From an uncultured Clostridia bacterium (GTDB taxonomy: Bacteria > Bacillota > Clostridia > UBA1381), in contig CANPXG010000003.1 in assembly GCA_947585795.1 (NCBI GenBank), positions 6,171-70,170 on the forward strand: DNA of 64,000 nt. Direction: 5' to 3'. The notes beneath the pieces were generated by a model. It worked only from the letters and a program-made list of their open reading frames with translations, made no database searches and was not told the DNA's origin. Shown here piece by piece: positions 47,231 to 57,839 of this stretch (its first letter is position 1; each line of letters opens with the position of its first letter). Position numbers and translations under genes: made by a program.

Positions 47231-48139
47231 CTATTCGTTTGCGTAGCCGAAGTTCTTTATAAGAAAGTCACTGTTGCGCCAATCCGTCTTGACCTTTACC
47301 CAAAGCTCCAGATAGACCTTTTTATCGAGCATTTTTTCAATGTCCGCGCGCGCCATCGTTCCGACTTTTTTAAGCATATCGCCGTTTTTGCCGATTATTA
47401 TGCCCTTATGTGACGTTTTTTCACAGTAAATTGTAGCGTAAATGTTGGTTATTTTCGCCTTTTCCTGCATTTTTGTAACCTCTATCGCTATACCGTGCGG
47501 AACCTCCTTGTCGAGAAGCCACAAAAGCTTTTCGCGTATGATTTCCGCCGCGATCTGTTTCTCCGGCTGATCCGTCACCATGTCGGAGTCGTAAAACTCC
47601 GGTCCCTCCTCAAGGTAATCCTCTATATCGTGGAGAAGTATTTCCACGCCGTCGCCGCTTTTCGCGCTTATCGGCACTATGGACTCAAACTCGTGCATAC
47701 TCGAATAGTCCGCTATTATCGGTAAAAGCTCCTCCTTGCGCATGAGGTCTACTTTGTTCAGGACAAGTATGCACGGCACTCCCGCTTTTGATATGTTCCG
47801 CGCGATTTTTCTCTCCATGTCCTGTATTCTTCTGCTCGCGTCCACGACGAATATCAAAACGTCCGTATCGCCCATACTCTCGTTCGCCACATTCACCATG
47901 TACTCGTCGAGTTTGTTGTGCGGATCGTGTATTCCCGGCGTGTCGGTAAATATTATCTGTTCCTCGTCCGTTGAGTATATGGCAAGTATTTTGTTCCTCG
48001 TCGTCTGAGGCTTGTCGGATATTATCGCTATTTTCTGTCCCGCTATCGCATTTAAAAGCGTTGATTTGCCTACGTTCGGCATACCTATTATCGCCGCGAA
48101 GCCCGACTTGAAATTCTTTTTATTCACATTTTTCTTCAT
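47231..48139 (-). CDS. era: GTPase Era
   Basis: GMPNVGKST, PQTTR, DTPG, NKVD, KH motif GIIIGKNG. Confidence 0.97.
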   Translation of the reverse strand: MKKNVNKKNFKSGFAAIIGMPNVGKSTLLNAIAGQKIAIISDKPQTTRNKILAIYSTDEEQIIFTDTPGIHDPHNKLDEYMVNVANESMGDTDVLIFVVDASRRIQDMERKIARNISKAGVPCILVLNKVDLMRKEELLPIIADYSSMHEFESIVPISAKSGDGVEILLHDIEDYLEEGPEFYDSDMVTDQPEKQIAAEIIREKLLWLLDKEVPHGIAIEVTKMQEKAKITNIYATIYCEKTSHKGIIIGKNGDMLKKVGTMARADIEKMLDKKVYLELWVKVKTDWRNSDFLIKNFGYANE

Positions 48140-48638
48140 ACTTTTCTCCTATATCGCGTGTTATTCCGAGCGAAAAAAGCACCTTATCCTGCTTTTCACA
48201 CATTGTTTTTTCTCCCTCCGCGTCGTCAACATGGTCGTAACCGAGTAAATGAAGCATGGAGTGCGCCGTTAAAAACGCCACCTCTCTAAGCAGGCTGTGA
48301 CCAAGCGACGCCGCCTGTTCCTTCGCCCTCTCCATCGAAATCACTATGTCGCCGAGTATGACGTAATCGCCGTCCGCCTCGTAAGATGCGTCGGCGCAGC
48401 CGTTTTCGTCAAACTCCAGCATCGGGAACGACAAAACGTCCGTCGCGCTGTCAATACCTCGCTGCTCCTTATTTATCGCGCGTATCGCCTCGTTATCCGT
48501 GAGCGTCACGCTTATCTCGGCGTTAAAGTCACACTCCTCCTCACGCATGACCGCCTCGCACACATCACGCACGGCTCTTTTCGCGTCCTCGGTAAATTCC
48601 ACTTTGTCCTGCTCGTTTTCAAGTATTATGTCAACCAT
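48120..48638 (-). CDS. ybeY: rRNA maturation endonuclease YbeY
   Basis: TDVLSFP, LGDIVIS, HSMLHLLGYDH. Confidence 0.96.
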   Translation of the reverse strand: MVDIILENEQDKVEFTEDAKRAVRDVCEAVMREEECDFNAEISVTLTDNEAIRAINKEQRGIDSATDVLSFPMLEFDENGCADASYEADGDYVILGDIVISMERAKEQAASLGHSLLREVAFLTAHSMLHLLGYDHVDDAEGEKTMCEKQDKVLFSLGITRDIGEKYEEKCE

Positions 48639-49620
48639 TTTGTTTCCTCTTGTTTCTTCTTCTCTCCTGTTCCTCGTCGTACTTCGCGTAAGCCTTTATG
48701 ATCTGCTGCACGAGAGGGTGACGCACAACGTCCTTTTCGGTAAACGTGCAGAACGCTATGTCGTCTATGTTCTTCAGTATTTTCATAGCCTCTTTAAGTC
48801 CCGACCGTTTTTCACCGGGAAGATCTATCTGCGTAATATCGCCCGTCACGATCGCCTTCGAACCGTAACCGATACGCGTCAGGAACATTTTCATCTGCTC
48901 CGGCGTGGTGTTCTGCGCCTCGTCGAGTATGATAAACGCGTTGTCGAGCGTTCTTCCGCGCATGTACGCAAGCGGTGCTACCTCGATAACGCCCTTTTCC
49001 TGATACCGCATAAATCCTTCGCCGCCAAGCATCTCGTACATACCGTCGTAAAGCGGTCTTAAGTACGGATCGACCTTATTTTGAAGGTCGCCCGGCAAAA
49101 ATCCAAGCTTTTCGCCCGCCTCGACAGCCGGACGCGTCAGTATTATTCTGTTTACGTCCTTACTTCTAAGCGCCGTCACCGCCTTCGCCACGGCGAGATA
49201 CGTTTTACCGGTGCCGGCGGGACCGATACCGAAAACGATCGTGTTGTTTTCTATCGCCTCAACGTACTTTTTCTGTCCGAGCGTCTTTGTCTTTATCGGA
49301 TGTCCCTTGACGCTCACGGCTATACAGTCGTCGCCCATCAGTTTTATGTCTATTCCGCCGTTCTCCTGTACCATGGTTATCGCGTACATTACCTTTTGGC
49401 TGTCGATAACCTCGCCGCGCTCCAAAATCTGAATTAAAAGATTTACCACCTGCCCCGCCTTATCCACGTTGTCCTCCTCGCCCGTGATGCGAAGCGCGTT
49501 GTCCCGCGCGGCTATGTTGACCGAAAGCGCCTTTTCGAGCATGCGCACGTTCTCGTCAAAATTACCGAAAAGTGACGATAAATCCACGTCCTGCGGTACT
49601 TCTATCTGTCTGTTTATCAA
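48631..49620 (-). CDS. phoH: PhoH-like protein
   Basis: GPAGTGKT, RPAVEAGE, MRGRTL, DEAQN. Confidence 0.95.
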   Translation of the reverse strand: MINRQIEVPQDVDLSSLFGNFDENVRMLEKALSVNIAARDNALRITGEEDNVDKAGQVVNLLIQILERGEVIDSQKVMYAITMVQENGGIDIKLMGDDCIAVSVKGHPIKTKTLGQKKYVEAIENNTIVFGIGPAGTGKTYLAVAKAVTALRSKDVNRIILTRPAVEAGEKLGFLPGDLQNKVDPYLRPLYDGMYEMLGGEGFMRYQEKGVIEVAPLAYMRGRTLDNAFIILDEAQNTTPEQMKMFLTRIGYGSKAIVTGDITQIDLPGEKRSGLKEAMKILKNIDDIAFCTFTEKDVVRHPLVQQIIKAYAKYDEEQERRRNKRKQNG

Positions 49621-49640
49621 AAAATTTCCTCTCCTTTGTC

Positions 49641-50840
49641 TTACTCGCCGCCGAGTGGTTGCTCCGTGGCTATATTCTGAATGAAATTCATTCTAAGTGT
49701 TACGTTTATTGTTTCATCATCTGTTTTTTCGTATTCAAGATTTTCGTCCGTGAGGCTGCTCATCGGTGTAAGCTCCGCCGATATTTTCGCCTCAAGGTCG
49801 TTTTTGGCGAACTCTAAAGCCGTTTCAAGCGGCAGCGGCTCGCGGTTTACCGTCACCTCGTCGTACTCCGTGACGTCAAGCGCGATACCCGTATAGCCGA
49901 AAAACGGCACGTTAAACTCGCGTCTTTCCTCCGACGCGTCAAAGTCGCCGTAATCTATTTTCGGAAAAGGCAGGGTAAACGCCTTCCCAAAAAGCTCCGC
50001 CGTCACGCGTTTTTTTCTTTTTCCTGTCGGCGTTCTCGACTCGTAATACAGCTTGTAATCTCCCGATTTCGTATGCGTCGTGTACGCCTGCGCTTCAGCC
50101 ATCGAGTGAACGTATATGTACTCCTCCGGCTGCTCCTCGCGGTATACGCCAACCTTACCCGACACTATCACGTCACCCGCGCTCACAGCGCTGCCCTCCT
50201 TGGCGACCTTCTCGCCGTTTTTGACGATGAGTTTTTTTATGACCCCGTCGCACGATGCCACTATGTCGCAGGGCACGCTTTTGTCAATGACGTTCGGCGG
50301 TATTATCTGCTCGTAAATTTCCACGCGCGCCTTCGCGCCCTCGATATATACCCACGCCCAAGCTATATTGTCGGTGTTTGCGATTATCTCACGCTTCATC
50401 GTCATGCCGTCGGGCAGTTTGCTTTTAAGTGAGCCGCTTTTTACTCCCATGCGGTCAAGCGTTTCGACTATGCCGTTTATATCGCTGTTCTCCACTCCGT
50501 TGATCTCCACGAGCCATATGAACCGAGTGGACAGTGCGCATAAAATCACCGCCGTTATGACCGACGCGAGAAAAACATATCTTTTTCGGTATGAGCGCGC
50601 TGTGTATATAAGACCGCGCTTTCCGATCACTTTCACCTTGACGCGGCACTTTCTCGCGACGGAGCGTATACGAAAAAAATCGTTCAGGGAAACTGTCATT
50701 TCAATACCGTTTTCGCGCGGCAGAGTGTTCCAAACGTTTATTCCCCGACGGACGCATATGTTGAGAAACCTCTCCGCGCCCTTGCCGTATATTCTTATTA
50801 TAACATATCCGCGCAGAAATTGAAAGAACTTATTAAACAT
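49641..50840 (-). CDS. yqfD: Sporulation protein YqfD
   Basis: ERFLN, IWLVEING, DIVASCDG; yqfC-yqfD-phoH synteny. Confidence 0.9.
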   Translation of the reverse strand: MFNKFFQFLRGYVIIRIYGKGAERFLNICVRRGINVWNTLPRENGIEMTVSLNDFFRIRSVARKCRVKVKVIGKRGLIYTARSYRKRYVFLASVITAVILCALSTRFIWLVEINGVENSDINGIVETLDRMGVKSGSLKSKLPDGMTMKREIIANTDNIAWAWVYIEGAKARVEIYEQIIPPNVIDKSVPCDIVASCDGVIKKLIVKNGEKVAKEGSAVSAGDVIVSGKVGVYREEQPEEYIYVHSMAEAQAYTTHTKSGDYKLYYESRTPTGKRKKRVTAELFGKAFTLPFPKIDYGDFDASEERREFNVPFFGYTGIALDVTEYDEVTVNREPLPLETALEFAKNDLEAKISAELTPMSSLTDENLEYEKTDDETINVTLRMNFIQNIATEQPLGGE

Positions 50841-50855
50841 TTTTTACTCCCTTTT

Positions 50856-51125
50856 TCATGTTTGGTATTCAACGCCCGCGAAAGCGCCCGAAATAAGCAT
50901 GTCTTCAAGACGTATGCGGCGGATGACGAGGTTTTTGCCGCGTATTCTGACAACACCCATCGCGGTTGAAACGCGTATTTCTCCGTCGGTGTAAACAAGC
51001 ACGCCCTTGTGGTTTTCTATATATATTTCTTTATCGCCCGATATTGTCAGACGGGGAATATTCATAATAACGTCCTTCGGCACGCCCCAAGCGTCCGCGA
51101 CAGTTTCTGAAAAGCGTTTTTTCAT
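50856..51125 (-). CDS. yqfC: Sporulation protein YqfC (YabP family)
   Basis: PKDVIMNIPRLT..G, IENHKG; synteny. Confidence 0.9.
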   Translation of the reverse strand: MKKRFSETVADAWGVPKDVIMNIPRLTISGDKEIYIENHKGVLVYTDGEIRVSTAMGVVRIRGKNLVIRRIRLEDMLISGAFAGVEYQT

Positions 51126-51225
51126 CTACATCAGCTCCCGAATATAATTTATGAAAATCAAACTGTTTTAAGTACAAAAAACTAATCATATAATTTAACA
51201 AACAAACCGATTGGAGTTAGGTGAA

Positions 51226-52308
51226 ATGAAAATTAAAAAAGTTCTTGTATGGGCTTTCGCGGCGGGCGCGGTAATACTTCTCGTCGCGGACGCGAAAAAC
51301 GCCGCGGCGTATGCGCGCAGCGCGCTTAACATATGCTTTGAAATGGTGGTGCCGACGCTGTTTCCGTTCTTTATCTGCTCGGGTATTCTCATATACTCGG
51401 GCTTCTGCGAGGTGCTGGCGAAGGCGTTCCAATTCTGCATGTACCCTCTGTTTCGCGTAAGTCCCGCCGGTTCGAGCGCGTTCATTTTGGGTATCGTGAG
51501 TGGTTACCCTTTGGGCGCGGTCACAGCAGGTGAGCTTTACGCGAACAGCTACCTTTCAAAAACGGAGGCGGAGCGACTTTTGGCGTTTTGCAATAACTCG
51601 GGTCCTCTCTTTATCCTCGGCTCCGTTGGTATAGCACTTTACGCCGATATGCGCTGCGGTGTAGCGCTGTACATAGCGCATATACTCGCCGCCCTGACGG
51701 TCGGCGTACTCTTTCGCTTCTACGGAAGAAGGAAACACAGCGCGCCGCCGACGATAATGACCACGCCCGAGCGAAGCGTGGGAGAAATTTTTGACATCGC
51801 GCTCCAAAACGGTATACGCAACATACTTACCGTATGCGGAGCCGTCCTCTTTTTCGGAGTGCTGTCAAGACTTGTTACCGACCTGATACCCGTAAGCGGC
51901 AGTATGAGCGCTGTTATCACGGGTATAACGGAGTTTGTGACCGGCACGGTAAAAATAGCCGGACTTGATATTCCCATGGCGCAAAAGCTTATTTTTACCT
52001 CGGTAATTGTCGGTTTCGCCGGTATAAGCGTGCACGCGCAGGTCATGGCTGTTATAGCTCGGTACAATTTGAGCCTCGTTCCTTACATTTTGGGCAAGGC
52101 GCTTCACGGCGTTATCGCGGGCTTGTATATGTTCGTTTACCTGTACTTAAACCCCGTGACGGAAACGGTGCTTAACCCGTCCGTCGGTCGCTCCTTCGCC
52201 GCCGCGTCCGCGTTTGAGATCGTTACGGCGATAACAGCGGTAACGATGTGCGTCGCATGTGCGCTTGCGCTTTACGTGAAAAATTACAGAACAGAAAAGG
52301 GACACTAA
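51226..52308 (+). CDS. ylbJ: Sporulation integral membrane protein YlbJ-like
   Basis: VVPTLFPF, SGYPLGA, EAERLLAFCNNSGPLF, GISVHAQ. Confidence 0.88.
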   Translation: MKIKKVLVWAFAAGAVILLVADAKNAAAYARSALNICFEMVVPTLFPFFICSGILIYSGFCEVLAKAFQFCMYPLFRVSPAGSSAFILGIVSGYPLGAVTAGELYANSYLSKTEAERLLAFCNNSGPLFILGSVGIALYADMRCGVALYIAHILAALTVGVLFRFYGRRKHSAPPTIMTTPERSVGEIFDIALQNGIRNILTVCGAVLFFGVLSRLVTDLIPVSGSMSAVITGITEFVTGTVKIAGLDIPMAQKLIFTSVIVGFAGISVHAQVMAVIARYNLSLVPYILGKALHGVIAGLYMFVYLYLNPVTETVLNPSVGRSFAAASAFEIVTAITAVTMCVACALALYVKNYRTEKGH

Positions 52309-52336
52309 AATTTTAGTGTCCCCTCGTGTTATTTTG

Positions 52337-53626
52337 TTATACGGGATTTATCACCGACAGCGCGCTGCGCTCCGTCACGAAATGATTTTCAAATCTGCGT
52401 TTTACGTCGTCAAACGTGACTTTCGCGTACGCGTCGTGGTAGTTAAAATAGTCCGCGCCCATGAAGAGGAACTGCATAAACGTGCCCGCGTAGTCCTCGA
52501 CGTCGTTGTGCGAGCGTATATACTGTCCCCACATAACCTTTTTAATTCTGTTAAAGTCGTCCTCGCTAAGACCCTCGCGCTTTACGCTCTCTATCTCGTT
52601 CTTTACCGCCTCATACACCGCCTTGCTGTCGCGGCTCTCGCCCTCTATCGCGCTGTACGCGTAGGACGGCTGAACGGTGTAGTCGGTTTGGAAGGTGTTG
52701 TTTATAAGACCGCTTTCATAAAGCTCGTTGTAAAGGCGCGAGCTTCTGCCAAACAGCATTTTGAGCAGTATGCTTACCTCGATGTATTTTTTAAGCAGTT
52801 TTTCTCCGCCGTAACCCGTGTCGGTGTCCTTGAAGCCTATCATAAACAGCGGTGACGCGACGCTAAGGCTTTGCTCGGCGTAGGGCTTAGCGATCTCGTC
52901 GGGTTCGTCCTCGTATATCTTCTTTATTTTCTCTGTAAACGGCTCGTTCTTCTTGACGCCCTTTTCTATTACGTCAAGCACGCTATTTACGTTAAAGCCG
53001 CCGACAACGACGACCGACATATTCGAGAGGTTGTAAAACGTGTTGTAGCACTTGTAAAGGTACTCGGGCGTTATACGGCTTATGCTCTCGACCGTTCCCG
53101 CTATCTCCTTTTTGACGGGGTGGTTTTTGTACAGGCAGTTTAAAAGGTTAAAGAACAGTTTCCAGTTTCCGCTGTCGTCGTACATCTTTATTTCCTGACC
53201 GATTATGCCCTGCTCCTTCTGCACCGTTTCATCGGTGTAGTACGGGGACTGCACGTAATCCATAAGCGCGGCAAGGTTTTCCTCCACGTTAGAGGTTGCC
53301 GAAAACAGGTACGCGGTCATGTTAAACGACGTGAACGCGTTGGCATTGCCGCCGTATTTCGCGAATTTGTCGAACACGTTGCTTCCGTCGGGCTGGTCGA
53401 ACATTTTATGCTCCAGGTAGTGCGCTATACCGTCCGGCACCTCCGTGACCTCCGTTTCACCGGGCACTATGAATTTAGAATCGACCGAGCCGTAGCGCGT
53501 GCCGAATATCGCGTACGTTTCGCTGTAACCCTTTTTCGGTATGAGGTATATGCCAAGTCCCGACGGGTGTGTGCCGCAGTACATTTCCTCGCCCGTTATG
53601 TCGCTTGTGATATGCTTTAATTCCAT
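52337..53626 (-). CDS. ymfH: M16 peptidase, YmfH-like
   Basis: PDGIAHYLEHKMF (HxxEH), NAFTSF, KEQGIIGQEI. Confidence 0.92.
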   Translation of the reverse strand: MELKHITSDITGEEMYCGTHPSGLGIYLIPKKGYSETYAIFGTRYGSVDSKFIVPGETEVTEVPDGIAHYLEHKMFDQPDGSNVFDKFAKYGGNANAFTSFNMTAYLFSATSNVEENLAALMDYVQSPYYTDETVQKEQGIIGQEIKMYDDSGNWKLFFNLLNCLYKNHPVKKEIAGTVESISRITPEYLYKCYNTFYNLSNMSVVVVGGFNVNSVLDVIEKGVKKNEPFTEKIKKIYEDEPDEIAKPYAEQSLSVASPLFMIGFKDTDTGYGGEKLLKKYIEVSILLKMLFGRSSRLYNELYESGLINNTFQTDYTVQPSYAYSAIEGESRDSKAVYEAVKNEIESVKREGLSEDDFNRIKKVMWGQYIRSHNDVEDYAGTFMQFLFMGADYFNYHDAYAKVTFDDVKRRFENHFVTERSALSVINPV

Positions 53627-53630
53627 GACC

Positions 53631-54884
53631 TTATTCCCCCTTTCCCGTCAAGAAATACACGGTATCAAGCTTTATTTTAGCCGCCGCTTCTTTCACGTCG
53701 TCGAGCGTGACCTTATTTATCATGTCCTTTATCTCGTCTATGCCGTAATTCGTGCCCGCGATACGCTCACCGAGCAAATAGAATTGCATCGTAGTCTGAT
53801 TGTCCTTGTACGCCTCGATCTGGTTTATGAGCGCACTCTTTGAGGACTCAAACTCAAGCTCCGATATGTCGCCGTTTTTTACCGCCTCAAGCTGCGCCAA
53901 TATCTCATTATACGCCTTGTCGAAGTTTTGAAACTCGATACCCGCGTTCACGAACATAATACCCTTGTTCCTTACAAGGCTTGACGACGCGTAATAGCAC
54001 AGGCTCAGTTTTTCGCGCACGTTGTTAAACAGTTTCGAGTGCGCGCCTCCGCCGTACACGCTGTTCATTACCATGAGCTTTACGTAATCCGCGCTGTCCG
54101 CCGCCGTACCGGTACAAAAGCCCATCGACAGCTTGCCCTGTACCACGTCCATATTATCCGTTACTCTCTTTACATCGCCGCGTCCCGAAATGAGTTCCGA
54201 CCGCGGGATTTCTGCGGCGGTAAACGTCATGTCCTTCGTATACTCCTTAACGAGCGATGCAAGCGCGTCAATATCGGCGCTGCCGCACACGTAAATATCT
54301 ATCAGCGATGACGTTATTATTTTATCGTAATGCTCCTTCAAAATATCCGCCGTGATCGCTTCCACGCCTTCTTTCGTTCCAAGACACGACAGCGCGAAGC
54401 TGTCACCCTCACACATTTCCTCAGAGCAGCGAAGCTGCGCGTACTGACGCTTATCGTTTATCTCAGCCGTAATACGGTCGAGCGCGTTTTTCTTTTCCTG
54501 TGCCACGGTAACGCCGTCAAACGACGACGGCTCAAACAGCATCGACATAAGGAGCCTCATACAGTCCGCCGCAAGCGTTTCACCGTTCGTGGCGTACTCA
54601 TCGCAAATCGTTTCCGCCATGAAGTTTATTATATGGTCGCCTCCGCGCTTAAAAACGCCCGAGCCAAGACCTGCGCCGTAAAGATTTTCGAGATACCGAA
54701 ACACGCTGCCGCTTTCGGGGCAAAGCGCGCAGCCTCGCTTCATTACGTAAGGCAAGAGAGCGTTTTTTGAAACTTCCTCCTCCGTCAAAGGACGGTGAAT
54801 GTACACGCCGATCGACGTGGTTTTGAGCTTCGTCATAGGCACATAATACAAATTTATGTTATCGTTAACCTTTAAGCTGTCCAT
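53631..54884 (-). CDS. ymfF: Inactive M16 peptidase partner, YmfF-like
   Basis: LENLYGA, QGKL, HSKLFNNVREKLSLCYY; no HxxEH; paired with ymfH. Confidence 0.88.
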   Translation of the reverse strand: MDSLKVNDNINLYYVPMTKLKTTSIGVYIHRPLTEEEVSKNALLPYVMKRGCALCPESGSVFRYLENLYGAGLGSGVFKRGGDHIINFMAETICDEYATNGETLAADCMRLLMSMLFEPSSFDGVTVAQEKKNALDRITAEINDKRQYAQLRCSEEMCEGDSFALSCLGTKEGVEAITADILKEHYDKIITSSLIDIYVCGSADIDALASLVKEYTKDMTFTAAEIPRSELISGRGDVKRVTDNMDVVQGKLSMGFCTGTAADSADYVKLMVMNSVYGGGAHSKLFNNVREKLSLCYYASSSLVRNKGIMFVNAGIEFQNFDKAYNEILAQLEAVKNGDISELEFESSKSALINQIEAYKDNQTTMQFYLLGERIAGTNYGIDEIKDMINKVTLDDVKEAAAKIKLDTVYFLTGKGE

Positions 54885-54943
54885 TTCTTTTTTCCTTTCA
54901 TTCTGTTTTTATACTGTTATTTTACTCCGAAAATTCAGATATG

Positions 54944-55813
54944 TCAACCTACATAGCTCTCAACGTCCCTCAGCGTCATATTGCGGTGCAGCGCAAGATT
55001 TATACCGTTCGCGACCGTTTTCGCGGCGCGTTCTATGACGAGGTCTATGTCCCGCGTCGTAACCATCAGCGGCGACATTTCCTCCGGTATTTTTACCTTT
55101 GATATAGTCGCCGCGTCGATGACCGTCGGAACGCCTATCGCGATCACCTTTACGCCCGTCGTTTCCTCGCAAAGTCCCTCGCGGTTGTTGCCCACGCCCG
55201 AACCGGGCTGTATACCGGTGTCGGAAATTTGTATCGTGTTGCTTATTCGTTCTATATCGGCGGCGGCAAGCGCGTCCACGGCTATTATAAGCTGCGGCTT
55301 CACCTTCTCCGACACCGCCTTTATTATGTCGGCTGTTTCTATGCCCGTGGTACCGAGCACACCGGGTGCGATCGCGCATACTCCGCTTATATTGTCGCCG
55401 AAAATATCGTTTTCACCGCCGCGTTTTATATGGTGTGTGACAAGCAGCTTCGACACGACGCACGTGCCGAGCGCGTCGGGCGTTATTTCGCGGTTGCCGA
55501 GTCCCACGACAAGCGTAAGCGTATCGCTCCCCACCTTCGCCATTTTCCGTATTTCCTCCGCCACCGTTTGACAAGTTCTCTCGTATGTGTCAAGGCTGTA
55601 TTTTAAATCCGGCGCGTCTACCGTGACATAAGTACCCTGTGCCTTACCGAGCGCGCGGCTGCCGTTCTCGTTTGTTATCTCAACCCGCGTAACGGTTATA
55701 TTCCCCTTTTTTTCCACGTCAGAAATCACTCCGTCTATCTCAGACGCGTTCTTCGCCGCTTTTTTGCTCAGCTCGTGAGCTTCAACGGCGAGGTCTGTTC
55801 GTATGCTCTGCAT
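54944..55813 (-). CDS. gpr: Germination protease GPR
   Basis: IRTDLAVE, VGLGN..TPDALG, VDALAA, PGSGVGN, GVPTVID. Confidence 0.95.
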   Translation of the reverse strand: MQSIRTDLAVEAHELSKKAAKNASEIDGVISDVEKKGNITVTRVEITNENGSRALGKAQGTYVTVDAPDLKYSLDTYERTCQTVAEEIRKMAKVGSDTLTLVVGLGNREITPDALGTCVVSKLLVTHHIKRGGENDIFGDNISGVCAIAPGVLGTTGIETADIIKAVSEKVKPQLIIAVDALAAADIERISNTIQISDTGIQPGSGVGNNREGLCEETTGVKVIAIGVPTVIDAATISKVKIPEEMSPLMVTTRDIDLVIERAAKTVANGINLALHRNMTLRDVESYVG

Positions 55814-55907
55814 TCCTATTCTCCTTTTTTGATTTAGTCTTGTTAGAAATACGAAGTTTTATACGAACGCGCAAAAAAATACCGAAGCTTTAAGCCTCGG
55901 TATTTTT

Positions 55908-57818
55908 TTATTCTACCTTATAAAGCGTGTTCCTTCCGTCCGAATAAACCTTTTCAAAACGGTCGAGAGCGTCTTGGTTTACGTTATAATCGCCTTCCTC
56001 GTACGGTGAAACGCTTATATACGAGATATTGTTTCGCTTCGCGAAATCCCTCATATCCTCGAAGCTCCCCTCGTAAGCGTCACTGACCTCTGTCGAGCGC
56101 TCGTCGTAAGCGTCAGCGAAGCCGTGGAAGTAAACATAGAGCGATGAGCCGACATATATTGTCCTGCCCGCGAGCGCCGCCACTGTATTAATGTGCTGCG
56201 TACCCGTCAAGAATACCGCCTGAGCGTCCGTGTTTTCCTTTATAAACTCCGCGTACTCAATATCCTCGTCGGTAAAGGTGCGGTACTGCGCGCCCGAGAT
56301 CCACTCGCGCGCTATCGTGAGCACTCCCGAAAATACCGACACGAATATCACCGCCGCGCCGATAAACGTGCGTCCCTTAACGCCTCTGAGCTTTCCGTAA
56401 ACGCGCACGAAAAACTGCGCCGTAAGTATAACCGCAATCATATAGGTCACGTAAAAGAGCTTATTGTTATCGTATTCGTTCGGCTGAAACTGTATAATCT
56501 CCGCCAACACGAACACCGCCGCCGCACCCGCCATAAGCGATTTGTTCAGGCGCGAGGTATTTAAAAACGCCGGTATTACAAATATAAACACCAATCCCCA
56601 ATTCTTTATGTAGAACCACAGATAAGGATCGTTTTTATTTACCCAGTTAAAATTGAAGTTTAAAAATCCCTCGTTGCCGCCCGTCTGCGAAAACGTCCAG
56701 AAAAACAACTGCGGAGCCGCCGCCGCAAGCGCTATAGCGCCGTATATAAACCAGTTTACAAGACATCTCTTTTTATTCCGCGTCTGCACAAGACATATCG
56801 CGAACATGACCGCGCTTATAATTCCGAGCGCGAGGAACGAATGCGTGTGTATCATCGGCATACAGCCGGCAATAACTCCGAGCGTCACAAACGCGCGGCT
56901 CTCGTTCGTCCTCACCGCGTCCGCAAGCAGCCAAAGCGCGGAAAAAAGCACGCACCAGCCCGCCATCGTCGTGCGCTGAGGTATTATCATATCGCATATC
57001 GTGTTTGACCAGCGTATATTCATATCGTTCAAATTTGTCGGAGTTTGATAGTACTCCGTGAATATACGTGTAAATATGCTGTGATCGGCTTTCGCTCCGT
57101 CGAGGAAGTACGCAAACCCGAACGCGCCGTTAAAGAAAAACATTACCGACGCTGTCACGGCAGCCGCCTTGCTCTTTGTAAGACTGTAAGAGAGAATGTA
57201 AAAGCCCATAACTGTAAGCAGTGCGAAAACGTAGCTTGGCATGAGCACAGCCCATCGAAGCGGCGTTTTGAACAGGTAAAGGCTTGAAGAAAGCATGTCC
57301 GCCAAAAATGGGTAGCTAAGCCTCGTGCCCGAGAGTAAATTGTACTCGGGCGGAAAAGAACGCTGCTCGGCAATGCTCGTGATAAACCCGAGGTGCATCT
57401 GCAAATCGCCGAAAGTACTCTGTCCCGACGCGACTCCTCCGTCGGTCGGCGCGAGCACGTGCGTCGTCATGAGAGCGCATATTAAAAGCGTAAGCGGCAG
57501 CACCAAAAATAGGAATATACGGTTAGTCATTCCCGAGCTTTCCGTCCGCCGTTCATCGGTCACCGTCACACGCGCGCTTTTGCGGTTTTTGCAAAAAAGC
57601 AGCGCGTAAGGAACGGCGGTAAGGACGATCAGCACAATGTGACTTAGGTAGGTAAAATCGAACACAAGCGACGTTACCATAGTCCCCGCCATAAAAATTA
57701 CAAGTCCGAAAACTCCGCCGAGCCATATTTTAAAATATATATCTTTGTTTTTGTATAACACGTCGGCGTACAAAAATCCCATAAAGAGAAAGTACGCCAA
57801 AATAAGCAGCCCGAGCAA
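55908..57818 (-). CDS. Polytopic membrane protein, GT-C-like putative glycosyltransferase
   Basis: More than 10 TM segments; GDLQMH..FPP..YPF first loop; C-terminal soluble domain (LAGR, ISYI). Confidence 0.6.
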   Translation of the reverse strand: MLGLLILAYFLFMGFLYADVLYKNKDIYFKIWLGGVFGLVIFMAGTMVTSLVFDFTYLSHIVLIVLTAVPYALLFCKNRKSARVTVTDERRTESSGMTNRIFLFLVLPLTLLICALMTTHVLAPTDGGVASGQSTFGDLQMHLGFITSIAEQRSFPPEYNLLSGTRLSYPFLADMLSSSLYLFKTPLRWAVLMPSYVFALLTVMGFYILSYSLTKSKAAAVTASVMFFFNGAFGFAYFLDGAKADHSIFTRIFTEYYQTPTNLNDMNIRWSNTICDMIIPQRTTMAGWCVLFSALWLLADAVRTNESRAFVTLGVIAGCMPMIHTHSFLALGIISAVMFAICLVQTRNKKRCLVNWFIYGAIALAAAAPQLFFWTFSQTGGNEGFLNFNFNWVNKNDPYLWFYIKNWGLVFIFVIPAFLNTSRLNKSLMAGAAAVFVLAEIIQFQPNEYDNNKLFYVTYMIAVILTAQFFVRVYGKLRGVKGRTFIGAAVIFVSVFSGVLTIAREWISGAQYRTFTDEDIEYAEFIKENTDAQAVFLTGTQHINTVAALAGRTIYVGSSLYVYFHGFADAYDERSTEVSDAYEGSFEDMRDFAKRNNISYISVSPYEEGDYNVNQDALDRFEKVYSDGRNTLYKVE

Positions 57819-57839
57819 GGTTCCTCACGCTCCCCGTTT

